DNA of 64,000 nt, taken from NCBI GenBank assembly GCA_040218735.1, contig JAVJQW010000012.1:192001-256000 (forward strand), in the 5' to 3' direction. This DNA is from Deltaproteobacteria bacterium (lineage in GTDB: Bacteria; Myxococcota; Kuafuiibacteriia; Kuafuiibacteriales; Kuafuiibacteriaceae). Below the pieces are notes generated by a model that did not search any database, was not told the DNA's origin, and worked only from the letters and a program-made list of their open reading frames with translations. The first letter of the stretch is position 1. Each line of letters opens with the position of its first letter. The position numbers and the translations under genes were made by a program. Of the stretch, positions 28,979 through 38,561 are shown piece after piece.

Positions 28979-30491
28979 AGTCGATCGCCAGCGTGGTGCC
29001 GATCCGCTTGATGCGGTGAGGCACCAGCTCGCGGAGGTCGACGTCGATGCGGGTGTTGCCGCCGACCGAGGTCGCCTTGATCTTGGTGACCGGGCTGTTG
29101 AAGTACGTGGTGTCGAGCGGGCGCTCGTTGTTCTTCACGTTCACCGAGGTGTCGACCAGCTCCAGCGAGAACCGCGTGCCCTCTTCGAGCTTGCGGAACT
29201 TCGCCTTGCCATCGACGCGCACGAACACGCGCGACACGTCCGCCATCTGCCTGAAGCCGATGTACGTGAGCACGCGAGGCCCAGGATCGAAGTCCATCGG
29301 GTCGGCGCCGTCCGACGACGACGACGGCTGGAAGTTGGTCGCCGGGCGCTCTTCCATCGTCGGCGTGTCCGGGTCCGCCGGCGTCGTGCGCGTGGGCTCC
29401 AGGGTGTCGGCCTGCGCGAGCTTCACGACGGGCAGCGTGCGCTTCGGCGGCGCGACGGCGGGCGGCGACCACTGACGGTCCAGGTCCGGCTTCGCGGCGA
29501 GCTGCTGCGTGCGCTGCGGCTGCGGCGGCGTCGGCTTCGCGGCGGGCGGCGCCTCGACCTTCGGCGTCGGCACCGGCTTGGTCTCGACCGGCTTCGGCTC
29601 GCTCGGCTCCGGCTCGCTCGGGACGAACTTCGCGAGGCGCACCGGCTCCTCTTTCTTCACCGGCGCGGGCTTCGGCTCTTCCATCACCGGCTCGGTGAGC
29701 GGCGCGTCGGCCGGCACCGCGGGGGCGTCCGGCGCGATGACCGCCGCGACCGGATCCACCGGCGCGGGTTTCTTGGGCGCGGGCACCGGCTCCGGCTTCT
29801 TCTCGATCTTCTTCGGCGCCACGGCGACGACCGGCGCAGGCTCGGGCGCCTTCTTCGCGACGGGCGCGGGCTTCGGCGCGGGGGCCTTCGCCACGACGGG
29901 CGCAGGCTTCGGCGCGGCCTTCGGCTTGGGCTCGGCCTTCGCGACGATCTTCGGCGCTTCGGTCGGCACGGGGACGTCCGGCTCCGTGAGCGGCCCCTCG
30001 GGCACGTACGCGGCGACCTTCTCCTCCTTCACCGGCTCCGGCTCGATGACCGGCTCGGGCGCCGGCTCCGGTATGGGCGTGGCGACGGGGACGAAGTGGA
30101 CGATGACGCGCGTGCCGTCGGCCTCCACCCGGTACGCGGTCTTCTGCGCGAGCTCGATGACGACGCGGCTGATCTTCTCGGCCTCCGAGTCGAACTGCTG
30201 AGTGGTCACGCGCCGGACGAGGCCGCGATCGAACGACCGCTCCGCCTTCACCCCGTCGAGCTTGCTGCCGGCCCAGTCGACGACCACGCGGAACGGCTCC
30301 GACATGGTGAACGACGTGAAGTCCGGCGCGCGTGAGCCGTCGAGCGCGACGGTGATGTCATCCGTCTTCGTGTCGACGGCGATCGCCTTCAGGGACGACA
30401 GCTCTTCTTTCTTCTTCTCGGCGTGCGCGGACGTGGGGAGGAGGAGGCAGACGACCCCCCACGACGCGATCCAGGTCGGAAACCGGCGCAT
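28965..30491 (-). CDS. Secreted AMIN-domain protein with Pro/Lys/Ala-rich linker
   Basis: Signal peptide; FTMSEPFRVVVD...SRVVIEL; second domain NERPLDTTYFNSPV. Confidence 0.75.
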   Translation of the reverse strand: MRRFPTWIASWGVVCLLLPTSAHAEKKKEELSSLKAIAVDTKTDDITVALDGSRAPDFTSFTMSEPFRVVVDWAGSKLDGVKAERSFDRGLVRRVTTQQFDSEAEKISRVVIELAQKTAYRVEADGTRVIVHFVPVATPIPEPAPEPVIEPEPVKEEKVAAYVPEGPLTEPDVPVPTEAPKIVAKAEPKPKAAPKPAPVVAKAPAPKPAPVAKKAPEPAPVVAVAPKKIEKKPEPVPAPKKPAPVDPVAAVIAPDAPAVPADAPLTEPVMEEPKPAPVKKEEPVRLAKFVPSEPEPSEPKPVETKPVPTPKVEAPPAAKPTPPQPQRTQQLAAKPDLDRQWSPPAVAPPKRTLPVVKLAQADTLEPTRTTPADPDTPTMEERPATNFQPSSSSDGADPMDFDPGPRVLTYIGFRQMADVSRVFVRVDGKAKFRKLEEGTRFSLELVDTSVNVKNNERPLDTTYFNSPVTKIKATSVGGNTRIDVDLRELVPHRIKRIGTTLAIDFTRR

Positions 30492-30503
30492 GCGGGCAGC
30501 GTA

Positions 30504-31874
30504 TCACCGCGCTGAAAAACGCCGCAAGTTTGGGACATTGAGCATTCCGAGCACGTCACCAATCAGATACAGCGACCCGCAGACCACGACCTGGCCCCCG
30601 TCGGCGCGGGCCCGTGCGGCCGCCCCGGCGAACGCGTCGGCGACGAGGTCGGAGGTCTCGGCGACCCCCGGCCAGGCGGCGGCGAGCGCCTTCGGGTCGC
30701 GGGCGCGCGGGGACGACGGCCGGGTGAACACGATCGAAGCCGCGTGGGGGGCGAGCGCCGTGAACATCGCGTCGACGTCCTTGTCCGCGAACACGCCGAA
30801 GACCAGGTGGGACGGGCGCCCGAACCGCTCCGGCTCGGCGGCGAGGGCCGCGGCGAGGATCTGGGCGCCCTGGGCGTTGTGGGCGCCGTCGAGGAGGACG
30901 GGCGGGTCGAGGTCGAGCCACTGCATCCGGCCGGGCCAGTAGGCGCTCCGCAGGCCCGCGTGCAGCGTCGCGTCCGAGATCTGTGGGGCGTACAGGATCG
31001 CGGCCTTCGCGGCGAGGAGCGCGTTGCGGCGTTGGTGGGGTCCCGGGAGCGCGAGGGTCACGTCGGTGAGCTCGCGGGTGCCGAGGTCGAGGTCGAAGCC
31101 GGTCGGTGTCTCGACGATGTCGATGTCGTCGCCGATCCGGTGGACGGGCGCGCGGGCCTGCGCGGCCATGGCGTCCACCACGGCCATCGCGGCGGGCGGG
31201 CCGTCGGCCATGACGAGGGGACGGTCGGGCCGGATCACGGCGCCCTCCTCGCGTGCGATGTCCTCGATCGTGTCGCCGAGGAACTCGGTGTGTTCGAGGC
31301 AGAGGTCGGTGAGCACGGCGACGGAGGCGTCGACGAGGCGGGTCGCGTCGAGGCGGGCGCCGAGGCCGGCTTCGACGACGGCGACGTCGATGTTCATCCG
31401 CTCGAACGCGAGCATCGCGGCGAGCGTGGTGACCTCGAAGAACGACAGCCCTTCGAAGCCGGGGATGGCGGCCTCGACGGCGTCGACCGCGTCGGCGAGC
31501 GCTTCGGGCTCGATGTCGGCGTCGAGGTCGCCTTCGAGGACGCGGACGCGCTCGGTGAACGAGACGAGGTGCGGCGAGGTGTAGAGCCCGACCTTGTAGC
31601 CGTGCGCGGCGAGGATCGTTGCGAGGAACGCCGACGTGGACCCCTTCCCGTTCGACCCCGCGATGTGAATCGCCGGGAACGCGAGCTCGGGGTGGCCGAT
31701 GGCGGCCAGACCGCGCGCGACGGGTTCGAGGCCGAGCTTCGTGCCGCCGCGAGAGAGGTGGAAGAGGCGTTCGACCATCGCGCGGTAGCGCGCGCTCGTC
31801 TTCGCCGGAGCGACGCCGGGACCGTCCATGACGCCGCCCGCGCGGCCGGTCGGGTGCCCGGGGCCGGTGGTCAT
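30504..31874 (-). CDS. folC: Folylpolyglutamate synthase/dihydrofolate synthase
   Basis: IHIAGSNGKGST, YTSPHL, EAGLGARLDAT, WPGRM, LDGAHN, CGSLYLIG. Confidence 0.93.
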   Translation of the reverse strand: MTTGPGHPTGRAGGVMDGPGVAPAKTSARYRAMVERLFHLSRGGTKLGLEPVARGLAAIGHPELAFPAIHIAGSNGKGSTSAFLATILAAHGYKVGLYTSPHLVSFTERVRVLEGDLDADIEPEALADAVDAVEAAIPGFEGLSFFEVTTLAAMLAFERMNIDVAVVEAGLGARLDATRLVDASVAVLTDLCLEHTEFLGDTIEDIAREEGAVIRPDRPLVMADGPPAAMAVVDAMAAQARAPVHRIGDDIDIVETPTGFDLDLGTRELTDVTLALPGPHQRRNALLAAKAAILYAPQISDATLHAGLRSAYWPGRMQWLDLDPPVLLDGAHNAQGAQILAAALAAEPERFGRPSHLVFGVFADKDVDAMFTALAPHAASIVFTRPSSPRARDPKALAAAWPGVAETSDLVADAFAGAAARARADGGQVVVCGSLYLIGDVLGMLNVPNLRRFSAR

Positions 31875-32713
31875 GACACGAGCATCTCGATGACTTGCGA
31901 GAGTCGATCTCGCAGATCGCGGCGGCTGACGATCATGTCGATCACGCCGTGCTCGAGGAGGAACTCGGAGCGCTGGAAGCCGTCCGGCAAGGTCTGGCGG
32001 ATCGTCTGCTCGATGACGCGCGGCCCGGCGAACCCGACGAGCGCGTTCGGCTCCGCGACGATCACGTCCCCGAGGAGCGCGAAGCTCGCCGCGACGCCGC
32101 CGGTGGTCGGGTCGGTGAGCACGCTGATGTACGGCATCTTCGTCTCGCGGAAGCGGCTGATCGCGGCGGACGTCTTCGCCATCTGCATCAGCGACAGGAT
32201 GCCCTCCTGCATGCGCGCGCCGCCGGACGAGGAGAAGACGACGACCGGGCAGCGCTCCTCGAGGCCGATCTCGAACGCGAGCGTCACCTTCTCGCCGACG
32301 ACGCTCCCCATCGAGCCGCCCATGAACTTGAACTCGAAGGATCCGGCGACGACCTTGCGGCCCTTCAGGCGGCCGGTCGCGAGGACGAACGCCTCGGCCT
32401 CACCGCTGCTCTTGCGCGCGGACTTCACGCGGTCGAGGTAGTTCTTGCTGTCCGCGAAGCCGAGCGGATCGGCGGGCGCGAGGTCCGGTGCGATCTCGGT
32501 GATCGAGTCGGAGTCGAGCAGCTGCATCAGGCGCGTGCGCGCGTTGATGCGGAAGTGTTTGCCGCAAGAGGGGCACGTCCCGAGCGCGGCGGCGACGTCC
32601 TCCGCGAGGGAGGAGGTGCCGCAGTCGTCGCACAGGCGCCACAACCCGGTCGGGACGGAGGCCTTGGTCTCCTCCTTCACCTTGGGGGCCGCCATTCGCT
32701 TGAACCACGTCAC
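31871..32713 (-). CDS. accD: Acetyl-CoA carboxylase carboxyltransferase beta subunit
   Basis: C4 zinc finger; FMGGSMGSVVGEK, SGGARMQEG, PTTGGVAASFA, FAGPRVIEQT. Confidence 0.95.
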   Translation of the reverse strand: MTWFKRMAAPKVKEETKASVPTGLWRLCDDCGTSSLAEDVAAALGTCPSCGKHFRINARTRLMQLLDSDSITEIAPDLAPADPLGFADSKNYLDRVKSARKSSGEAEAFVLATGRLKGRKVVAGSFEFKFMGGSMGSVVGEKVTLAFEIGLEERCPVVVFSSSGGARMQEGILSLMQMAKTSAAISRFRETKMPYISVLTDPTTGGVAASFALLGDVIVAEPNALVGFAGPRVIEQTIRQTLPDGFQRSEFLLEHGVIDMIVSRRDLRDRLSQVIEMLVS

Positions 32714-32752
32714 GGGGGACGGTGTTCCAACGAGCACCGGGGTTTTGGCAAG

Positions 32753-35233
32753 TCACTTCGACGTCGCGATGCGGACGCCGTCCCAGTCCGGCGGCGGCGG
32801 GTCGGCTTGGTACTCCATGCACCACGCGATGTAGAGGTCCGAGGCCTTGTCGCCGTCGATGCCCGAGAGCGCGCGGGCGCGGGTGAAGGACGCGATGGCG
32901 TCGTCCCACTGCTGCTCGCGGAAGGCGGCGAGGCCTTCGTGGAACGCGGTGACGAACGGGAGGCGCGCGGCGGTGTCGCGTTTCGCGCCGACGAGCTCGA
33001 AGATGCGCACCGGTTCGAACTTGCCCTTCACGCGGAGCGAGCCGAGCTCGCGGCAGAGCATGTCGGCCTCGACGAGGGCCTTGGTGTCCTCGGAGATCAG
33101 GATCTCGACGCCGTACTCCTTCGTCTGCCCTTCGAGGCGCGCGCCCAGGTTCACGCGATCGCCGAGCGCCGTGTACGCGAAGTGATCCGCGCTGCCCATG
33201 TTGCCGATCGTCATCGGCCCGCTCGAAAGACCGATGCCGATCGCGATGTGCGGGAGGCCCTCTTCGAGGAAGCGCTCGTTGAGTTGTTCGACGACCTTCA
33301 GCATCTGCAGCGACGCCTTGCACGCGAGCAGCGCGTGGTTGGACTGTTCGATCGGCGCGCCCCAGAACGCCATCACCGCGTCGCCGATGTACTTGTCGAG
33401 CGTGCCCTCGAACTCGAAGACGATGTCCGTCATTGGCGTCATGTACTCGTTGAGGAGCTTGCCGAGCTCCTCGGGCGTGAGCTGCTCGGAGATCGTGGTG
33501 AAGCCGCGGATGTCGGAGAACAGGACGGTCGCTTCGTAACGGTTGCCGCCGAGCTTGAGGTACACCTCCGGGTTGCCGAGGACGTGCTCCATCACGCGCG
33601 GCGCGAGGTAACGTCCGAAGGCCTGCTTCGTCTTGCGGCGCTCGCGTTGCTCGACGAAGAAGCTCCACATCGCGACGGCCAACATCGTGACGAAGATGAG
33701 GAGGACCGGGAGCACCGTGTACACGAGCACCCCCTCCCGGAAGAAGACGAGCTGGTCGGCGACGATCCAGAACGCGGCGAGCACGAACGCCGTGACGACC
33801 TGCCCGATCACTTGGAAGCGCGTCATCACCAGGCCGGTGATCAGGCCAATGAGGAGGAACAGCGCGATCTCGATCGCGATCGCGTGCAGCGGGCGCGCGA
33901 GGTGGCGGCCGTCGAGGATGTTCTGCGCGAGCGTCGCGTGGATGTAGACCCCGGGGACCGCGCGCTCGAGCGGCGTGACACGTTGGTCGTGCGTGCCGAT
34001 CGCGGTGGCCGCGACGAAGACGACGCGATCCTTCAGCTGGGCGGCGGGGACCTTGCCGTCGACGATGTCGGAGATGGAGTAGATCGGCATCTGCTCCGCC
34101 GCGAAGCGCCCGTACCAGTCGAGCGAAGTCGTGGCGGCGAGCTCGGTGTCGATGACGAGATCACCGACGCGCACGGCCTGAGGGGAGAGGTCTTCGGGGG
34201 TGGAGACGAGCTCGATCGGCGCGTCGACGGCGACCTGCACGGCCTTCAGCGCGAGCGTCGGGAGCACCCAACCGCTCCCCTTTACGGTGCTGACGAGCGG
34301 GATGCGACGGTTGACGCCGTCCTCGTCCGGCGACGCGTTGATGGTGGCGAAGTGTGGCGTTGCCTTCGCGAGGACGTCGGTCGGCGCGAGGACGCCGAAG
34401 TACTTGCGGTAGACGCCGCGGTCGAAGAGGTCGCCGGCTTCGTAGATCTGTCCGACGCCGTCGCCGGACTCGATCAGCTCGTTGATCGTGGAGGTGCGCA
34501 CGACGTGGAGGGCGCGGTCGTGATCCTCCGGGCTGCGTTCGAGGAGCTCCGCTTCGGTCTTGGAGTAGTTGACGACGCCGAGGACGACGCGCCCACTCTT
34601 GGCGATCGCCTTCGCGAAGTCGCGATCGGGGTTGGCGTCGGAGATCTGCCCTTCGAGTGTGGTGCTGAAGCGTTCGATCGCGTGGCGGACCTCGCGGTCC
34701 TTGGCGATCGGTTTGTCGAGACGATCGGCGATGCGGCGCGCGGGTGCGGAGCGTCGGAGCTTGCGCAAGTCACGTTGCGCGCGCTCGAGCGCGAGCGCGT
34801 TGTCTTCGAGGGTCTTCGACGCCCCCTTCAGGCCCGTGACCTTCGCCTCTTCGACGAGCTTTTGGATCGCGACCTGCCCGTCGTCGACCTGCGGCTGCTC
34901 GAACGTCATGTCGAACGCGACCGAGCCGACGCCGGCCTCGGTGAGGCGGTTGACGAGATCGGCGTGCACGGTGCGCGACCAGGGCGGGGGCCCGAAGCGC
35001 GCGATCGACTTCTCGTCGAGCGCGGCGATCGCGACGCGCCAGGCGTCCGGTTCTCGCTGCCCGCGCGCGGCGAACTTCACGTCGACGCCGAGGAGCTCGA
35101 GCCGCTGTAGGAAGTTCGGGGGTCGCCCGGAGAAGACGCGGAGCTCGTTGGCGATGTGGTACACGACCGCCACCAGCGCGATGAACATCGTCACGCGCAG
35201 CCCACGCTGCGCGATCCACCTCAATACGGCCAT
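32753..35233 (-). CDS. CHASE2-domain class III adenylate cyclase
   Basis: CHASE2 (LDEKS..PPWSR, DEDGVNRR, PGVYIHA), 3 TM, LFSDIRGFT, DKYIGDAVMA, YTALGDRVNLGARLE. Confidence 0.92.
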   Translation of the reverse strand: MAVLRWIAQRGLRVTMFIALVAVVYHIANELRVFSGRPPNFLQRLELLGVDVKFAARGQREPDAWRVAIAALDEKSIARFGPPPWSRTVHADLVNRLTEAGVGSVAFDMTFEQPQVDDGQVAIQKLVEEAKVTGLKGASKTLEDNALALERAQRDLRKLRRSAPARRIADRLDKPIAKDREVRHAIERFSTTLEGQISDANPDRDFAKAIAKSGRVVLGVVNYSKTEAELLERSPEDHDRALHVVRTSTINELIESGDGVGQIYEAGDLFDRGVYRKYFGVLAPTDVLAKATPHFATINASPDEDGVNRRIPLVSTVKGSGWVLPTLALKAVQVAVDAPIELVSTPEDLSPQAVRVGDLVIDTELAATTSLDWYGRFAAEQMPIYSISDIVDGKVPAAQLKDRVVFVAATAIGTHDQRVTPLERAVPGVYIHATLAQNILDGRHLARPLHAIAIEIALFLLIGLITGLVMTRFQVIGQVVTAFVLAAFWIVADQLVFFREGVLVYTVLPVLLIFVTMLAVAMWSFFVEQRERRKTKQAFGRYLAPRVMEHVLGNPEVYLKLGGNRYEATVLFSDIRGFTTISEQLTPEELGKLLNEYMTPMTDIVFEFEGTLDKYIGDAVMAFWGAPIEQSNHALLACKASLQMLKVVEQLNERFLEEGLPHIAIGIGLSSGPMTIGNMGSADHFAYTALGDRVNLGARLEGQTKEYGVEILISEDTKALVEADMLCRELGSLRVKGKFEPVRIFELVGAKRDTAARLPFVTAFHEGLAAFREQQWDDAIASFTRARALSGIDGDKASDLYIAWCMEYQADPPPPDWDGVRIATSK

Positions 35234-35285
35234 GAATGGACCGCTTCGGGGCGTAGCAGCCTTTTTTCGTTTCGGCCACTCGACA

Positions 35286-35303
35286 ACTTACTAACTAGTA
35301 AGT
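35286..35303. promoter_or_regulatory. Probable TetR operator
   Basis: Palindrome ACTTACTA-AC-TAGTAAGT just upstream of the TetR start. Confidence 0.75.
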
Positions 35304-35317
35304 AACGTCAGCAGTCG

Positions 35318-35914
35318 ATGATGGCCACGAAGACAGACACGCGGGAGGAGATCCTCCGGACCGCGTCGCGGCTGTTGCAGCTCAACGGCTTCAACGGCTT
35401 CTCCTACGGCCACATCGCCAAGGAGCTGGGGATCAAAACCGCGGCGGTGCACTACCACTTCCCGTCCAAGGCGGACCTCGGGGTGGCGCTCGTGAACCGC
35501 TTCCGCACCCGTTACCGGCTCTGGATGGAGGACGCCGCGGGCCTCCCGGCCACCGAGCAGCTCGCCGGTTACTTCGCGATCCACCGCCGCTGGCAGGAGC
35601 GCGGCTCGCGGGTGTGCCCGGCCGGCGTGCTCCAGGCCGAGCTGTTCGCGGTCCCCGACGAGGTCCGCCAGGCGGTCTCCGAGATGGTCCAGGAGGTCTA
35701 CGACTGGCTCCTGGACGTGCTCACGACGGGCCGCGAGTCCGGCGAGCTGAGCTTTGCCGGCCCCCCCGACGCGATGGCCGTGGTCATCGCCGCCACCCTG
35801 CAGGGCGCCCTGCAGTCCGCCCGAATCCTCGGGCCCCCGCTCTTCGACCAGGCCGAAGGCCAGCTCTGGCGCCTCGTCGGCGTCGAGCCCGAGAGCTTAC
35901 CGATTCGTAAGTAA
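35318..35914 (+). CDS. TetR/AcrR family transcriptional regulator
   Basis: GFNGFSYGHIAKELGIKTAAVHYHFPSKADL. Confidence 0.92.
   Translation: MMATKTDTREEILRTASRLLQLNGFNGFSYGHIAKELGIKTAAVHYHFPSKADLGVALVNRFRTRYRLWMEDAAGLPATEQLAGYFAIHRRWQERGSRVCPAGVLQAELFAVPDEVRQAVSEMVQEVYDWLLDVLTTGRESGELSFAGPPDAMAVVIAATLQGALQSARILGPPLFDQAEGQLWRLVGVEPESLPIRK
35895..35912. promoter_or_regulatory. Second operator-like site at the TetR 3' end
   Basis: GCTTAC-CGATTC-GTAAGT, same CTTAC-N6-GTAAGT core as 35286-35303. Confidence 0.6.
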
Positions 35915-35923
35915 GGAGGAACC

Positions 35924-36874
35924 ATGGTTCACGCGATTCCCACGCTTCCGCGCATCCCGATCGAGGAGCCCGCCCGGCCCTCCCCCCGCGCGCCGCTGGC
36001 GCTGCGGGCGGTCCGCACCGCCTTCAAGTGGTTCGGCCCGTGGGCCCCGGAGGCGCTCGCCGACTGGGCGACGCGCCTGTACTTCTCCCCGCGCCGCCAC
36101 CCGGTCTCGCCGCGCGACGCGCAGTGGTTGGTCGGCTCAGACCTCGAGTGGATCGAGACCGAGCGCGGCCGCATCGCGGTGTACGCGTGGCCCTACGGCG
36201 GCCTGTTCCCGTGGGAGCAACCGCGCGAGCGCGGCAACGTGCTCCTGGTCCACGGCTGGGAGGGCCGCGGCGCGCAGCTCGGCGCGTTCGTCGATCCGCT
36301 CCGCACCGCCGGTTACCGCGTCGTCGCGTTCGACGCTCCCGCGCACGGTCGCTCCAGCGGCCAGCGCGCGACGCTGTTCGGTTTCAGCCGCGCGATCCAG
36401 CGCGTCGCCGAGCTGCACGGCCCGTTCGACGCGGTGATCGCACACTCGATGGGCGTCCCGTCGGTCGCGCTCGCGATCGCGCAGGGCTTCGAGGTCGAGC
36501 GCGCCGTCCTGATCGGCGGCCCGTCGCGCTTCGATCGCGTCACGTCACGCTTCGCGCGCGAGCTCGCCATGAACGACGCGATCGAAGCCCACTTCCGCGG
36601 CAACCTCGAAGCGAAGTTCGGAGACGACGTCTGGGAGAAGTTCGACGCGCAGGCGCTCACCGAGAACACCCCCGAGTCGCTGATCCTCCACGACGTCGAC
36701 GATCGCTTCGTGCACTTCTCGGAGGCCGAGCACCTCGCCGCCTCGTGGGATCGCGCCCGCCTGATCGCCACCGCGGGCCTCGGCCACCACCGGATCCTGC
36801 GCGACCCGATGGTGCTGGAGACGAGCGTGCGCTTCCTCGCCGGCGAAGGCGGCCTGCGCCGCATCAGCGCCTGA
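35924..36874 (+). CDS. Alpha/beta fold hydrolase
   Basis: SD AAGGAGG; LLVHGWEG, FDAPAHG, AHSMG, HDVDD, GLGHHRIL. Confidence 0.88.
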   Translation: MVHAIPTLPRIPIEEPARPSPRAPLALRAVRTAFKWFGPWAPEALADWATRLYFSPRRHPVSPRDAQWLVGSDLEWIETERGRIAVYAWPYGGLFPWEQPRERGNVLLVHGWEGRGAQLGAFVDPLRTAGYRVVAFDAPAHGRSSGQRATLFGFSRAIQRVAELHGPFDAVIAHSMGVPSVALAIAQGFEVERAVLIGGPSRFDRVTSRFARELAMNDAIEAHFRGNLEAKFGDDVWEKFDAQALTENTPESLILHDVDDRFVHFSEAEHLAASWDRARLIATAGLGHHRILRDPMVLETSVRFLAGEGGLRRISA

Positions 36875-36879
36875 CGCGT

Positions 36880-38109
36880 TCAGTTGTCGGAGTCGTTGAT
36901 CCCGTACTTCTTGATCAACCGGTGCAGGTACACCCGATCGATCCCCGCCATGCGCGCGGCGCGGCTCACGTTGCCGCCGGTGCGCTCTAGGAGCGCCACC
37001 GCGTACTCGCGTTCGAAGGCCTGGATCATCCGCGCGCGCGCCTCTTTGTACGGGAGGTCCGCGCCGACGATCGTCTCGGTCCCGCGGCGCGGGGGCGGCG
37101 ACCGCTCCGCGGTGCGCTCGCGCTCGATTAGGCGGATGAGGAAGGTCTTCAGCTCGCGCAGGTTCTCGGGCCACGCGTGCGCCTGCATCTGGCCGAGGTC
37201 CTCCGGGCCGAGGCGCAGGTTCGGGTGGCCGAGCTCCGCGAGCATCACCGTCACCAGCGACGGCAGGTCGCTCGCGCGTTCGCGCAGCGGCGGGACGTTC
37301 ACGACGACGCGGGTCAGGCGGCGCCCCAGCTCCTCGGCGACGCGGTCGTGACAGAACGAACGCTCCGCCGACGTCGTCGACACCAACAGCCGCACGCTGA
37401 TGCGATCGTCCTCCAGCTCCGACAAGAGCGCCTTGCGCCCGTCCTCGGAGATTTGATCGATCTCCGCGAGCAACACCGTCCCCTGCAGCTGCCCGATGCG
37501 CGAGCTGATCCCCGCGTGGTCGATCGAGGACGCCGGCAACACCACGAAGCTGTCGCCCTTGTGAATGCTCGCCTCGTGAATCGCGCGCGCCACACGCACG
37601 CGCCCCGTCCCGCGCTCGCCCTCGATCAACGCCGGCAACCGCACCCGCCCCGCCCGCGCGATCTCCGCGCGCAGCCGACGTGTCGCGCTGCTGTTGCCGT
37701 GGAGCGCCGAGCGGCTCTCCATGCGCGACGGTCCGGACAACACGTCGGGCCCGTCGATGCGCAGTAACGTACGCCCGATCACAATCTCCGCACCGACGGT
37801 CAGGTGTCCGTGCACGATCCGAACGCCGGACTGGTAGATGCCGTTCTTCGAGTCGAGGTCTCGGACCTCCACTCCGCGCGGCCCGGGGATGAGCTCCGCG
37901 TGACGACGCGACACCGTCGGGTCGTTCAGCACGAGGTCCGCCTCGTCCGGCGACGAGCCGACGACGACCACCTCGTCGAGCGACTGCGTGATCCCGTAGT
38001 CCGGCCCGTCGACGACGCGGAGCTGCAGCGCGCTGGTCTTGGCCGCCTCTTCTTCGGCGGCCTCGATCAGATCCGTTTCGTTCGGAGCTTGGGGGACGTT
38101 GTGGACCAT
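36880..38109 (-). CDS. FHA-domain / degenerate sigma54-type AAA+ / Fis-HTH regulator
   Basis: DPTVSRRH, DLDSKNG; VPPLRER, WPENLREL; GGNVSRAARMAGIDR. Confidence 0.82.
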   Translation of the reverse strand: MVHNVPQAPNETDLIEAAEEEAAKTSALQLRVVDGPDYGITQSLDEVVVVGSSPDEADLVLNDPTVSRRHAELIPGPRGVEVRDLDSKNGIYQSGVRIVHGHLTVGAEIVIGRTLLRIDGPDVLSGPSRMESRSALHGNSSATRRLRAEIARAGRVRLPALIEGERGTGRVRVARAIHEASIHKGDSFVVLPASSIDHAGISSRIGQLQGTVLLAEIDQISEDGRKALLSELEDDRISVRLLVSTTSAERSFCHDRVAEELGRRLTRVVVNVPPLRERASDLPSLVTVMLAELGHPNLRLGPEDLGQMQAHAWPENLRELKTFLIRLIERERTAERSPPPRRGTETIVGADLPYKEARARMIQAFEREYAVALLERTGGNVSRAARMAGIDRVYLHRLIKKYGINDSDN

Positions 38110-38364
38110 GCAGCTACACTGACTTATCGGGGACACCCGCGGACTTGTAGATTACTGAAACCTTACACGGTCCCCTGGGCGCCTGACGATCGGTCGGGTT
38201 AGGTCCGCGTCTGGACTGGTGTTTTACAACTGCGCAAACGCCCCACTGTGACGAAGAAACGCGACACCTGGACACACCTGACAGGATCTTCGACACCCCG
38301 CCGGCCCGAAATCGACAAAAGGTGACCCCGCAGCTGCGGCACGAAACCTGCGACGAATCCGGAC

Positions 38365-38559
38365 ATGCTCGTGCCGGTCCTCCGCGTCGTCCTCCTCCTC
38401 GTGGCCCTCTTCGCCCCGGGTGGCTTGTTCGTGGTCGCTGGCGTGCTCTGGCGCCGCCACCGCACCCAGCGCGGCGAGCTCGACTTCGACGGCACCTTCC
38501 GTCGAGTCCCCGACACGCGTCGGGGACGCCACAGCCCCATCCTCGTCCGAGGGACGTGA
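38365..38559 (+). CDS. Small membrane protein, hypothetical
   Basis: Hydrophobic N-terminus; stop abuts the convergent neighbour. Confidence 0.45.
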   Translation: MLVPVLRVVLLLVALFAPGGLFVVAGVLWRRHRTQRGELDFDGTFRRVPDTRRGRHSPILVRGT

Positions 38560-38561
38560 TC

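Noticed and set aside
31895-35110. 1071-aa plus-strand ORF
   Set aside because: Antisense shadow of the cyclase and accD genes
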